Shown here one piece after another: positions 53,632 to 62,664 of a stretch of DNA of 64,000 nucleotides (positions are counted from its first letter, which is position 1; each line of letters opens with the position of its first letter). Under the pieces are notes generated by a model. The model searched no databases and was not told where the DNA came from. It was given only the letters and a program-made list of their open reading frames with translations. A program made the translations under genes and the position numbers. The stretch lies in the NCBI GenBank assembly GCA_003138795.1, contig PLHC01000062.1:31410-95409 (forward strand), in the 5' to 3' direction. Source of the DNA: Granulicella sp. GTDB lineage: Bacteria; Acidobacteriota; Terriglobia; Terriglobales; Acidobacteriaceae.

Positions 53632-54621
53632 TCACTCAAACTTCGGCAGATGCTCCATGTCGTCTGGCGGCACGCGTTCCAGCGGGCCACCGGCCTTCAC
53701 CCACGCCTTCAACCCGCCCCGGATCACCTTCGTCGAGCAGTTATCCTTCTTCAGCATCCGCGCCACGCGCATGCTGGTTGCCTCGTGCGCGCACGTGCAG
53801 TAGAGGTAGATCTCGGACTCCGGCTCCGGCAGCATAAACTCGCGCAGCACCTCCAGATCTTCCTTCAGCCGGCCGGGGTCCACGCGGATCGAGTTCTTGA
53901 TGCGCTGCATGCCCGGATCATGGTAGCCGTGCGAGCGCACGTCGGCGATGATCAGCAGGCTGTCGGGCGTGGGCGTGCGCAGGCGCTCCAAGAGATCCTT
54001 GGCCGCGATCTTCTCCACTGCCGAGAGGCGCACATCGCGCAGCGCGCTCAGCACCAGCCACAGCACATAGAGCACAGCGATCGCGGCGAACGTGACAGCG
54101 GTGATATGGCCCAGGCGCTCGACCCAGTGGATGACCACGAGCAGGAACGGCGCGAAGAGAAAGCCAGTGAGACTCCACGCCGCGATATAAATCAGAGCGC
54201 CGCAGCCTTCGAGCGCGAGAAATCGCCGCAGCCGCATGTTGAGGCTGCCAGCCAGTACAGTGGTGACCGTCGACAGGCCAGGCACAAACTTCGCAACCAG
54301 CAGCACCCGCGGCCCGCGCTTGTGAAACGATCGAGCCGATCCGAAGATGCACGCCTCCGGATTCATGCTGAGCCGGCAGATTTCGGTCAGTAGCCACCAT
54401 CCCGTATAGCGCCCGCCCAAATACATCAGCGTGTCGCCGAACAGCGCCGAACCGAACGCAAACAGAATCACCAGGCCGATGTTCAGCGACCCGCCATGCG
54501 CCGCAGCGCCAGCCGTCAGCAGCACCGCCGCGAGGGGCAGCGGCAGGCCACAACACGAGAGAAACAGCGCGATCGATGTCACCGCATAGCCATGATGAGC
54601 AATCACGTCCAGCAGGTTCAT
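53632..54621 (-). CDS. DedA-family membrane protein fused to a C-terminal rhodanese domain
   Basis: N-terminal DedA/VTT-type TMs (GYAVTSIALFLSCCGLPLP..., LVAKFVPGLSTV) and a C-terminal rhodanese with active-site loop YLYCTCAHEATS. Confidence 0.8.
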   Translation of the reverse strand: MNLLDVIAHHGYAVTSIALFLSCCGLPLPLAAVLLTAGAAAHGGSLNIGLVILFAFGSALFGDTLMYLGGRYTGWWLLTEICRLSMNPEACIFGSARSFHKRGPRVLLVAKFVPGLSTVTTVLAGSLNMRLRRFLALEGCGALIYIAAWSLTGFLFAPFLLVVIHWVERLGHITAVTFAAIAVLYVLWLVLSALRDVRLSAVEKIAAKDLLERLRTPTPDSLLIIADVRSHGYHDPGMQRIKNSIRVDPGRLKEDLEVLREFMLPEPESEIYLYCTCAHEATSMRVARMLKKDNCSTKVIRGGLKAWVKAGGPLERVPPDDMEHLPKFE

Positions 54622-54639
54622 TGTTCTGCATCTCCCGGG

Positions 54640-54920
54640 GTTCGACTTGTATACGTTGATGCTGCGTCATTGGATGCTGCCTGCGCTCACCGCGTCGTGC
54701 CGGCGGTGAGCATTGTCGCCGAGGAGCGCACGATCAAGGGCTCTTACATGGGCTTGGCGATGCCTTCCCGGGACCTGCCGCGCTTCATCGCGATGTACCG
54801 TGCGTGCCTGCTCCGGTCGACCAGCTTCTCACGCATCGCCTGAAGCTAGAAGAGATCAACAGCGGTTTCAACCGGTTTACTTGCGGCGATGGAGTTCGCC
54901 AAGTGGTCACCTTCGAGTGA
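54640..54920 (+). pseudogene. C-terminal fragment of a zinc-type alcohol dehydrogenase, frameshifted
   Basis: Frame A: ...VPAVSIVAEERTIKGSYMGLAMPSRDLPRFIAMYRA. After a shift, frame B (own translation): PVDQLLTHRLKLEEINSGFNRFTCGDGVRQVVTFE*. Together they match the last 80 aa or so of MDR-family ADHs (GS..G....RD.P.....Y..G.L.LD.LI.....L..IN..F). Confidence 0.55.
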
Positions 54921-54993
54921 CACCCCGGCATCCATCGGCGCAGCCTGAAGAGAGAATAGGCGACCCTGAGCGCATCCTTGTAAAATCTGACCA

Positions 54994-55488
54994 ATGACCG
55001 AAACCCATGTTCCTGCAAACTCTTTAGACGCCGTGGCAGTAGCGATCCAACAGTCGTCCAATCAATGCTTTGGGTGCAGTGCCTCCAATCCGCAGGGACT
55101 TCATCTCACCTTCTCGCTCGATTCTGCCGATCCGAACCGCATCACGTCCACCTCAATCGTGAACCTCACCCGCTTGCACGAGGGGCCACCCGGCCATATC
55201 CATGGTGGCATTATCGCTACGCTTCTGGATGAGGCGATGGGCAAACTCAACCTTCCTCTCGGGGTGATTGCCATGACGCGCAACATGGAAGTCGACTATC
55301 TGCGGCCCTCGCCGCTCCATACCTCGCTCACTCTTGTGGGCACCCACGTCCGCCGCGACGGCCGCAAACTCTATCACAGGGCCGAGCTCATGCACCCTGA
55401 CGGAACGGTTCTGGCCAGGGCCAAAGGCCTCTTTCTTGTCATCGATCCGCCCTTGTTCAGGACTGCAATGGCAAAGATGAATCAGTAG
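54994..55488 (+). CDS. PaaI-family (hotdog-fold) thioesterase
   Basis: HEGPPGHIHGGIIATLLDEAMG is the typical PaaI/4HBT motif; 164 aa. Confidence 0.8.
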   Translation: MTETHVPANSLDAVAVAIQQSSNQCFGCSASNPQGLHLTFSLDSADPNRITSTSIVNLTRLHEGPPGHIHGGIIATLLDEAMGKLNLPLGVIAMTRNMEVDYLRPSPLHTSLTLVGTHVRRDGRKLYHRAELMHPDGTVLARAKGLFLVIDPPLFRTAMAKMNQ

Positions 55489-55550
55489 GGGACACAGCAA
55501 GATCGGGTTCTCCTCCGGAGCTGGTGGTGGCCTGGCCCGTCGATTGGATC

Positions 55551-55591
55551 TTGTCTATTTGTCTGGCTGATGTTGTCTATTTGTCTGGCTG
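55551..55591. repeat. tandem 19-mer (period 22) built from TTGTCT units
   Basis: TTGTCTATTTGTCTGGCTG at 55551..55569 and 55573..55591, with ATGTTGTCTA again at about 55614..55623. Lies in the convergent intergenic region between the thioesterase and the MFS gene. Confidence 0.85.
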
Positions 55592-55639
55592 TCGCCTGGG
55601 CGGGTTGTGCCATGATGAACATGTTGTCTAACGGATCTC

Positions 55640-56839
55640 CTACGCTCGGGATGGCAAGATTGCCAGCCAGCGGGTCAGCCCCAGGCCGACGGCAAGCATC
55701 AGCCCAATCATCGCAACCACGCCGCCCCAGCCGGCAACACTCCAGGCAAATCCGCCAACCGACCCTGCCACGCTTGATCCTAGATAGTAAAGAAATAAGT
55801 ACAACGCCGCCGACTGTGCCCGCGCGCCGCGCGCCTGCGCACCGACCCAGGAACTGGCGACTGAGTGGCTGGCAAAGAAACCGAAGGTGACCAGCGCGAT
55901 CCCGAACACGATGACCGGCACCGAATCCGATAAGGTGGTCACCGCGCCGAGTAGTTCGATTGCAATGCCCAACGGCAGCATGCGGGCGCGACCCAGCCTG
56001 CCAGCCAAATGACCTACCCACGCCGAGCTTATGATCCCGACCAGATAGACCGCGAAAATCATCCCCACCTTGGTCTGCGACAAATCGAACGGCGGGGCCA
56101 GCAGCCGGAAGGTGATGTAGTTGTATACCGTAACGAACGCGCCCATGATCAGAAACGCCTCGGCAAACAACAACCGTAGCGCGGGATCGGCCAGATGCGC
56201 CCGGTAGCTACGGGCCAGGGCACCGATGGCCAGGGTGCGGCGGGCGAAGTGCCGCGAGGGCGGCAGGCGGACCGCGAAGATCAGCCCCGAGACCAGCCCC
56301 ATCGCGCCCACCGCCACGACCGCCCAGCGCCAGCCGAACGCATCGGCCAAAACGCCAGTGAGCAGCCGCCCGACCATGCCACCGAATGCGGTCCCGCCGA
56401 CATACAGCCCCATGGCGAGCCCGATCGATTTGGGGTGCATTTCCTCGGACAAATACCCCATCGCGACCGCAGGCAGACCGGACAACACCAGCCCGATCGC
56501 CGCCCGCACCACCAGAAACCAGCCCCAGCGCGGGATCGTCGCGGACAGCATGGTCAGCAGCGCCGCCCCGATGATCGACCCCGCCATGATCGCCTTGCGG
56601 CCCCAGGCTTCCGAGAGCGCACTGGCGATCAACAGCGCCCCGGCGAGAGTGAAGGTAGTGACCGACAACGCAAGGCTCGCCACCATGGGCGTCACTTGAA
56701 ACTCCGCCGCGAACACCGGCAATAGCGGCTGCACGCAATACATCAACGCGAAGGTAGCGAACCCGGCGGCGAACATCGCCAGATTGGTACGCCGGAATGC
56801 CACGCTGCCGCGCTGGATGAACTCGACGGTATCGCTCAT
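55640..56839 (-). CDS. MFS transporter
   Basis: 399 aa with 12 TM by eye. MFS loop 2-3 motif (SEAWGRKAIM) and a repeated 6+6 organisation. Confidence 0.85.
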   Translation of the reverse strand: MSDTVEFIQRGSVAFRRTNLAMFAAGFATFALMYCVQPLLPVFAAEFQVTPMVASLALSVTTFTLAGALLIASALSEAWGRKAIMAGSIIGAALLTMLSATIPRWGWFLVVRAAIGLVLSGLPAVAMGYLSEEMHPKSIGLAMGLYVGGTAFGGMVGRLLTGVLADAFGWRWAVVAVGAMGLVSGLIFAVRLPPSRHFARRTLAIGALARSYRAHLADPALRLLFAEAFLIMGAFVTVYNYITFRLLAPPFDLSQTKVGMIFAVYLVGIISSAWVGHLAGRLGRARMLPLGIAIELLGAVTTLSDSVPVIVFGIALVTFGFFASHSVASSWVGAQARGARAQSAALYLFLYYLGSSVAGSVGGFAWSVAGWGGVVAMIGLMLAVGLGLTRWLAILPSRA

Positions 56840-57135
56840 CCGCGATCAATGGCGGGTTCTGTGCCGAAAGGTATACACACCTGAAAAATTAACTCCACCC
56901 ATATATTTTGAGGCTGATTGCGCAACACAACAACATCTTCAGCCGATTTCAGCTCTACGGTCAGATCGTTGTCAATATTAATGCTTGACCTTTCCGCCTC
57001 CCCTGGGTCCGTTTCCATTGTTCCGCAAACTGATTTCCGAGCTTGCGGGAGATAGAGTAGTCACCGCGCGGACTGACATCGATCTTCAGGAGCGTTGGCT
57101 TAGAAGATCCCTTCGTGTTGGTTTCGATTGTGATT

Positions 57136-57171
57136 GCGGCCGGAGCAGGTTGCGCAACCCGCTCCGGCCGC
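57136..57171 (-). terminator. strong GC hairpin downstream of yceI-like gene
   Basis: GCGGCCGGAGC paired with GCTCCGGCCGC (11-bp perfect stem) and a self-complementary 14-nt loop, 28 nt after the stop at 57199. No clear U-tract. Confidence 0.45.
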
Positions 57172-57198
57172 AGAGTCAATCCAGGAAAGTCATCATGC

Positions 57199-57780
57199 CT
57201 ACTTCTGATCCAACTCAATGTCGATGGTGATCTTCACGTCTTCGCCCACCACCGCATCCGGATACTTACTGCCGAAGTTGAAGTCCGTCCGCTTGATCGT
57301 CGTCGTGGCCTCAAGACCGCTGACCAGACCTTCCTGCATTCCCTTATGCGGTGTCGCAGGTCCGTCCACATCCAGCACGACGGGCCTGGTAACTCCGGCC
57401 AGCGTCAACTCCCCGGCGACCTTCAGACCCTTCCCATCCCGCTTCACGGAGGTTGAATGGAACGTGAGGGTCGGGAACTTCTCGGTGTTGAAGAAGGCAT
57501 CGCTCTTTATGTCCTTGTCCCGGTAAGCGCTGCCCGAATTGATCGTGGTCGCGTCCAGTACAGCATTCACACTGTCTTTCGAGGGATCCCTGGGATCCCA
57601 CACCACGGTCCCCGTAATGTTGGTGATGGAGCCGCGAGCATTACTCACGGAGAGATGCCGGACTTCAAAGTTAGATTGCGAGTGGACTGGGTCGATGATC
57701 CAGGTACTGGTCTGGGCAACCGCCGACAGCGCCGGCAAGGCAGTGAGGGCGAACAGCGCGATAATGAGCTTTGTCTTCAT
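57199..57780 (-). CDS. YceI-family periplasmic polyisoprenoid-binding protein
   Basis: Signal peptide, then DPVHSQSNFEVRHLSVSNARGSI and LTLAGVTRPVVLD, the typical YceI lipocalin-like pattern. Confidence 0.85.
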   Translation of the reverse strand: MKTKLIIALFALTALPALSAVAQTSTWIIDPVHSQSNFEVRHLSVSNARGSITNITGTVVWDPRDPSKDSVNAVLDATTINSGSAYRDKDIKSDAFFNTEKFPTLTFHSTSVKRDGKGLKVAGELTLAGVTRPVVLDVDGPATPHKGMQEGLVSGLEATTTIKRTDFNFGSKYPDAVVGEDVKITIDIELDQK

Positions 57781-58132
57781 GAAATTCCTCTGTCATAGAG
57801 CCACAATGAAATGTTGAAATTGAGCTTCGAGCGAATGAAGCGGAGGCGCTAACCACTTTAACGACAACCGCTGCATAGGCAACGGATGGCTAGTTATAAC
57901 ACGACGTCTGTTCCCTATGCAACATGTGTTGTTTTAGCCTGCAATGACCGCTATGACCGAATCTGGTCCCAAGAGCCTCGGTCCACGCACCCGGCACACC
58001 CGCGAGTCGCCGGTCGATTGCTCAGACGGCACTCCGGCCAAGCCTTATTCGATACGTAACTCGACATTTAGACAAAGCAGTCAAGCGACCGCTGAACAGT
58101 ATCGTATAAGTTGTTTATTTAGAAGGAATTTT

Positions 58133-58209
58133 TGGTAGCGTTACCGGGGCTCGAACCCGGACTCTTCGCCTTGAGAGGGCGACGTGTTAACCAGTTACAC
58201 CATAACGCC
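58133..58209 (-). tRNA. tRNA-Glu (anticodon CUC), CCA encoded
   Basis: Hand-folded cloverleaf. Acceptor GGCGTTA/TAACGCT (G1-U72 wobble), D-arm GTGT-AACTGGTTA-ACAC, anticodon arm TCGCC-CTCTCAA-GGCGA (anticodon CTC), variable AGAGT, T-arm CCGGG-TTCGAGC-CCCGG, discriminator A plus CCA; 77 nt. Confidence 0.85.
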
Positions 58210-58358
58210 ACAGAACGGTTTGGAATCCGTTGCGACTTGCTGAGTATAGCAAAGATGGGCCAGTAGAGAGAAGCGCATTGCAGTGGCCGAACATCCGATC
58301 CACTAATGGGAATGCCCCAAACGAAAGGCATCCATCCAATGGATGACGATGGCAAGGA

Positions 58359-58670
58359 CTAGATGCCTAGCTTCTTGACTTCGTCGTTGTAGTACTTGCG
58401 GTAGAGGATGTCCCACTCCTGGGAGCCCTCGGGGATGATGCGACGCTGGGAGGCGATCTTCTGGCGAGCGGCCGCGTCGATTCTGACTTCCTCCAGAAGG
58501 AGCTTCGTGAGCGCCTTGCGGGCCTCCTGGCGGATGGTGTTGCGGTCCTCCAGAAAGTCGACTTCGTCGATCTCGGCGAGGGTGTCGGCGATGGTGTGGG
58601 CGAGTTTGTTCAGCTTGTCGTCGGAGATGCGGGTGGTATTGGACGACTTGATGTCGGGAGCGCCTCTCAT
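58359..58670 (-). CDS. DUF507 family protein
   Basis: ISDDKLNKLAHTIADTL...EGSQEWDILYRKYYNDEVKKLG follows the DUF507 pattern. 4-nt overlap with the upstream paralogue. Confidence 0.7.
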   Translation of the reverse strand: MRGAPDIKSSNTTRISDDKLNKLAHTIADTLAEIDEVDFLEDRNTIRQEARKALTKLLLEEVRIDAAARQKIASQRRIIPEGSQEWDILYRKYYNDEVKKLGI

Positions 58671-58945
58671 AACACCGCCTTGTACTTGCGAGCGAGTTCC
58701 TGCTTCACCTTCTTGAACATCTCGGGGTAGCTGGCGCCGGTCTTTAGCATGTCGTCCTGGAAGGCTTCGAGGATGACGCGAACTTCGTCATTGATGCGAT
58801 CTTCAAGGGCGAGTTCTTCGATCATGGCGGCGGCGAGACGTTGATCGACCAAGGCCGGCTTATCGGTCTTGATCATCTTCGCGGCAACCAGGTGTTTGCT
58901 GGTCTGGCGCGCAAGGTAGCTGACGTAATCCTTCGAAAAAATCAT
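58667..58945 (-). CDS. DUF507 family protein (paralogue)
   Basis: ORF trimmed to ATG 58945: MIFSKDYVSYLARQTSKHLVAAKMI...EDRINDEVRVILEAFQDDMLKTGASYPEMFKKVKQELARKY. Paired DUF507 genes are a common arrangement. Confidence 0.65.
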   Translation of the reverse strand: MIFSKDYVSYLARQTSKHLVAAKMIKTDKPALVDQRLAAAMIEELALEDRINDEVRVILEAFQDDMLKTGASYPEMFKKVKQELARKYKAVL

Positions 58946-59015
58946 GGGCAAAGATAGGGTAGCACGCAGAGATTGGCGCGTCAGGCAGGGGTAACTTCTG
59001 CGAGAATAAGTATCT

Positions 59016-59477
59016 ATGGCATTTGATGATTTAACTGCAGTGAAGGACGATATGGTGGCGTTCATCGCCGGACACGGAATGCGGCGCATGAACAGCTTTG
59101 TGCCCGAAGACGTGCCAACCGTCCTGTTTGAAGAGGAAGATGTGGATGGATGGAAGGACTTCGTGGAGCATGCGAAGGCGGCCAACGCCCCATTTATCAC
59201 CATGAGCGATGTGATCCTGGAGCCAGAGGACGTGGCGACACTGATCAGCCAGGTGCGCGACCAGAACTATCCGGATGGCGACTCGGGCGAGTTGGAGGAA
59301 GCTCAGGGACTGCTGCAGCATGTCGGGAAAACGGGCTACCTGCAGCTGGGCTTTGCGCACGGCGGCGTGATCTTTCTGTATGAGACAGCGACGGAGTGGT
59401 ACGACCTGTTCCAGGAGTTGATGGAGTCGGTATCCGAGCTGGGACACATTATCGTGGATGACCGCGACGACGAGTAG
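59016..59477 (+). CDS. hypothetical acidic protein (153 aa)
   Basis: Clean ORF with GC3-rich codon usage, directly upstream of recJ. No family recognised. Confidence 0.6.
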   Translation: MAFDDLTAVKDDMVAFIAGHGMRRMNSFVPEDVPTVLFEEEDVDGWKDFVEHAKAANAPFITMSDVILEPEDVATLISQVRDQNYPDGDSGELEEAQGLLQHVGKTGYLQLGFAHGGVIFLYETATEWYDLFQELMESVSELGHIIVDDRDDE

Positions 59478-59485
59478 GTGGCGGC

Positions 59486-61327
59486 GTGGACGAGTCGGCG
59501 GATCCGCAGAAAAACAAGCGACCAAAGTGGGTAGTTGCATCGCAGGAGAGCGAGGCTGCGGCCAGGCTGGCGCGGGAGCTCAGGCTTCCTGAGGCGATTG
59601 CGCGGCTGCTGGTGTGCCGTGGTTTTGAGACGGTGGAGGCAGCTCGGGAATTTCTGCGACCGACTCCAGATCAGCTACATGATCCCTACAAGATGCTGGG
59701 GATGCGGCCGGCTGTCGCGCGGCTGCGGGAGGCGCTGGCGAAGCAGGAACCAGTGCTGATCTATGGAGATTATGACGCAGATGGCACCGTTGCAACGGTA
59801 CTGCTGAAGACGGCTCTGGAGCGAGCAGCAGTGGCAATGGGCGTCGTAGCCGATGTCCGGTATCACATTCCACATCGCATTCGCGAGGGGTATGGGATGC
59901 AGGATGCGCGGATTGAGGCTGCTGCGCTCGAAGGCGTGCGGCTGGTGGTGAGCGTCGATACAGGGATCCGTGCCTTCGCCGCGGCCGAAGAGGCGAAGCG
60001 CGTTGGCCTGGATTTGATTGTGACGGACCATCACCTGCCGGATGGAGCGGAAGGTGTGCCAGAGGCGCTGGCGGTGCTGAATCCGAACCAGCCGGGGTGC
60101 GGGTATCCGTATAAGGAACTGTGCGGTGCTGGCGTGGCGTTCAAGCTGGCGCAGGCGCTGCTGGAGAGTACGACGAAAGACGATGGGGAACAGGCGCGGT
60201 TGCGGGAGAAGACGCTTCCTTCTTTTCTGAAGCTCCTGGCAATTGCGACGATCGCCGATGCGGTTCCACTGACAGGCGAGAATCGGACGATTGCGTCGAT
60301 TGGTCTGGTGGAGTTGCGGAAGCCGTCGCAGGCAGGGCTGCGGACGTTAATGGAACTGGCGCAGATCGATACGACGCGGCCGATCTCTGCGACCGACGTG
60401 GGGTTTCGCTTGGCGCCGCGCATCAATGCAGCCGGGCGGATGGATATTGCATCGGATGTCGTCGAGCTCTTCTTGTCGAAGGATGCGGCAGCAGCCAGGG
60501 TGCTGGCAGAGAAGCTGCATCGACTCAATGACGAGCGGAGGGCGACCGAAGCCGAGGCTCTACGGGCAATCGAAGCACAGATCGACGCGATGGCGGAAGA
60601 CGCACCGGCCTGCTTCGTGCTGGATGATGCTGAGGGTGGGTCCTCGTGGCATCGGGGCGTGATTGGAATCCTCGCTTCACGGGTGGTGGACCGGACCGGA
60701 AGGCCGACACTGGTGCTGACGCACGAGGATGGTCAGGCGTACGGGTCGGGGCGTTCGGTAAGTGGGTTTCATCTGCTGGATGCCCTGACGACGGTTCATG
60801 CGCAGGGTGCGGAGCCGCTGTTTTCACGCTTTGGTGGACACGCGCATGCAGTGGGGTTCTCGCTGCCTTCAGAGCGGGTGGGTGAACTGCGCGAGCGGCT
60901 GGTGCGGTTGGCTGCTAGCGATCAGGACGCAACGCACGTCGCCGAGGAACTGGAATGCGATGCGGAAGTGCGCCTGAGCGAGCTCACTGCGGAGTTTCTG
61001 GCGGCGCTGGAACAGCTCGGACCGTTCGGAAATGGGAATGCAGAGCCAGTCTTTGTGAGCAAAGGGGTAAGGTTGACGTCAGCGCTGAAGGTGATCAAGG
61101 AGCGCCACCTGCGGCTAGCGGTCGAGGACGTCGCAGATGGCGTGCGCTTTGGTGGCATGGTGTGGAGCCGCAGGACAGATTGGGCTGCGATGGCACGGAG
61201 CGAGGGGTGGGCACAGGGAGATCGGATGGACCTCGCCTACAGGCTGCGGCGGAACTGGCATCCGGATTTCGGTGGGTGGGAGCTGGATGTCGTTGCGATC
61301 CGGGCGGCTATACCTCAAGAGGAATGA
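59486..61327 (+). CDS. recJ: single-stranded-DNA-specific exonuclease RecJ
   Basis: DHH motifs IYGDYDADGT, VSVDTG and IVTDHH, plus DHHA1 motif FGGHAHAVGF; 613 aa. Confidence 0.92.
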   Translation: MDESADPQKNKRPKWVVASQESEAAARLARELRLPEAIARLLVCRGFETVEAAREFLRPTPDQLHDPYKMLGMRPAVARLREALAKQEPVLIYGDYDADGTVATVLLKTALERAAVAMGVVADVRYHIPHRIREGYGMQDARIEAAALEGVRLVVSVDTGIRAFAAAEEAKRVGLDLIVTDHHLPDGAEGVPEALAVLNPNQPGCGYPYKELCGAGVAFKLAQALLESTTKDDGEQARLREKTLPSFLKLLAIATIADAVPLTGENRTIASIGLVELRKPSQAGLRTLMELAQIDTTRPISATDVGFRLAPRINAAGRMDIASDVVELFLSKDAAAARVLAEKLHRLNDERRATEAEALRAIEAQIDAMAEDAPACFVLDDAEGGSSWHRGVIGILASRVVDRTGRPTLVLTHEDGQAYGSGRSVSGFHLLDALTTVHAQGAEPLFSRFGGHAHAVGFSLPSERVGELRERLVRLAASDQDATHVAEELECDAEVRLSELTAEFLAALEQLGPFGNGNAEPVFVSKGVRLTSALKVIKERHLRLAVEDVADGVRFGGMVWSRRTDWAAMARSEGWAQGDRMDLAYRLRRNWHPDFGGWELDVVAIRAAIPQEE

Positions 61328-61402
61328 CTCTTGGGTCATCAAAAACGCGAGCAAAAGTTTTGACTCGCAAGTGGTTCATGCTGCGTCCTATATACTGACT
61401 CT

Positions 61403-62650
61403 TTGCTTATGGCTCAACAAGTTTCAGATCGATCACGAGTGTGGGTGTGGGTGCTTGTCGCGGTAGCGGCATGTTTTGCCCTGTTTCTTTATCTTCGCAA
61501 CCAACACGGCGTGGTAGCTGTAGTGGCTGCGAAGGTCGAACGCCAGAACCTCACGAGTACAAAATCCACTAACGGCAGAGTTGCGCCGCTGGCGGATTTC
61601 CAGGCGCATGCGCCATTGGCGGGAATCGTCAACAAGATTTTTGTGCAACTCGGCCAAACGGTGCAGACCGGCCAGGAACTGGTGAAGATGGACGACAGCG
61701 AGGCTCGCAAGGACCTTGCTACCGCTGAGGCCAATCTCGCTTCGAGCTTAGCCTCGCTGAAAGCTATGGAGCAGGGCGGGACACAGGATGAGCGCCTAAC
61801 GGAGAGTGCAGATCTAAGCTCGGCGAAGACGCAGGTGCAGCAGGATATAGCCTCGCTGACATCGCTACAGAAGCTGCAGGCGGAAGGTGCAGCCTCGGCT
61901 AACGAGGTCGCCCTCGCGCAGCAACGCTTGAGCGCTGCACAGGCGCGGGTGTTGCAGATACAGACACGCCGGAGCGGACGGTATTCCAGCAATGATCTGA
62001 GCGCACAGAAGGCCCAGGTTGCCGAAGCTCAAGCATCAGTCGACGCGGCTCGGGCGAGCTATGCAGGAGTCGACATTCGCACGCCCTTTACGGGAACCGT
62101 GTATGCCATTCCCGTCACGCAATATGAGTTTGTGCCCACGGGAGAGACTCTCGTACAGGTTGCGGACCTGACGAAGCTGCAGATAAAAGCCTACTTCGAT
62201 GAGCCCGAGATCGGGCTGCTCAAGGCCGGGCAACAAGTCACAATTGTGTGGCCCGCGAAACCGGGACAGGTGTGGCACGGGCATATCGTGCAGGCACCGA
62301 CGACGATCATCTCCTATGGTGGAACTCGCAATGTGGGAGAGTGTCTGATCAGCGTAGACGACGCTAAGGGCGATCTTCTGCCGAATACGAATGTCACGGT
62401 GCAGGTGACGGAACTGAGCCGCAATGATGTGCTCAGTCTGCCGCGCGAGGCGCTTCACACAGAAGGTATGAGCGACTTCGTGTACAAGGTTGTCGATAAC
62501 CGCCTGATCCGGACCCCGGTGCGCGTGGGCGTGACCAACCTTACCCGCTTTGAAATTCTTGGCGGGTTGAATGATGGGGATGTCGTAGCCCTTGGGGCAA
62601 CGACCGAAGCTGACCTGAGCGATGGTCTTCGGGTGAAGGTGCAACCCTAG
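61403..62650 (+). CDS. efflux RND/ABC-type periplasmic adaptor (HlyD/MacA family)
   Basis: N-terminal TM, a long coiled-coil hairpin (EARKDLATAEANLASSLASLKA...QQRLSAAQARVLQ), lipoyl-like halves (APLAGIVNKIFV / TPFTGTVYAIPV) and a beta-barrel C-terminus. Confidence 0.8.
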   Translation: MLMAQQVSDRSRVWVWVLVAVAACFALFLYLRNQHGVVAVVAAKVERQNLTSTKSTNGRVAPLADFQAHAPLAGIVNKIFVQLGQTVQTGQELVKMDDSEARKDLATAEANLASSLASLKAMEQGGTQDERLTESADLSSAKTQVQQDIASLTSLQKLQAEGAASANEVALAQQRLSAAQARVLQIQTRRSGRYSSNDLSAQKAQVAEAQASVDAARASYAGVDIRTPFTGTVYAIPVTQYEFVPTGETLVQVADLTKLQIKAYFDEPEIGLLKAGQQVTIVWPAKPGQVWHGHIVQAPTTIISYGGTRNVGECLISVDDAKGDLLPNTNVTVQVTELSRNDVLSLPREALHTEGMSDFVYKVVDNRLIRTPVRVGVTNLTRFEILGGLNDGDVVALGATTEADLSDGLRVKVQP

Positions 62651-62664
62651 GTGAGGCGTTACTG

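Noticed and set aside
53475-53837. 120-aa Pro/Ser/Thr-rich plus-strand ORF
   Set aside because: It largely overlaps the C-terminal rhodanese part of the DedA fusion on the opposite strand and is low-complexity.
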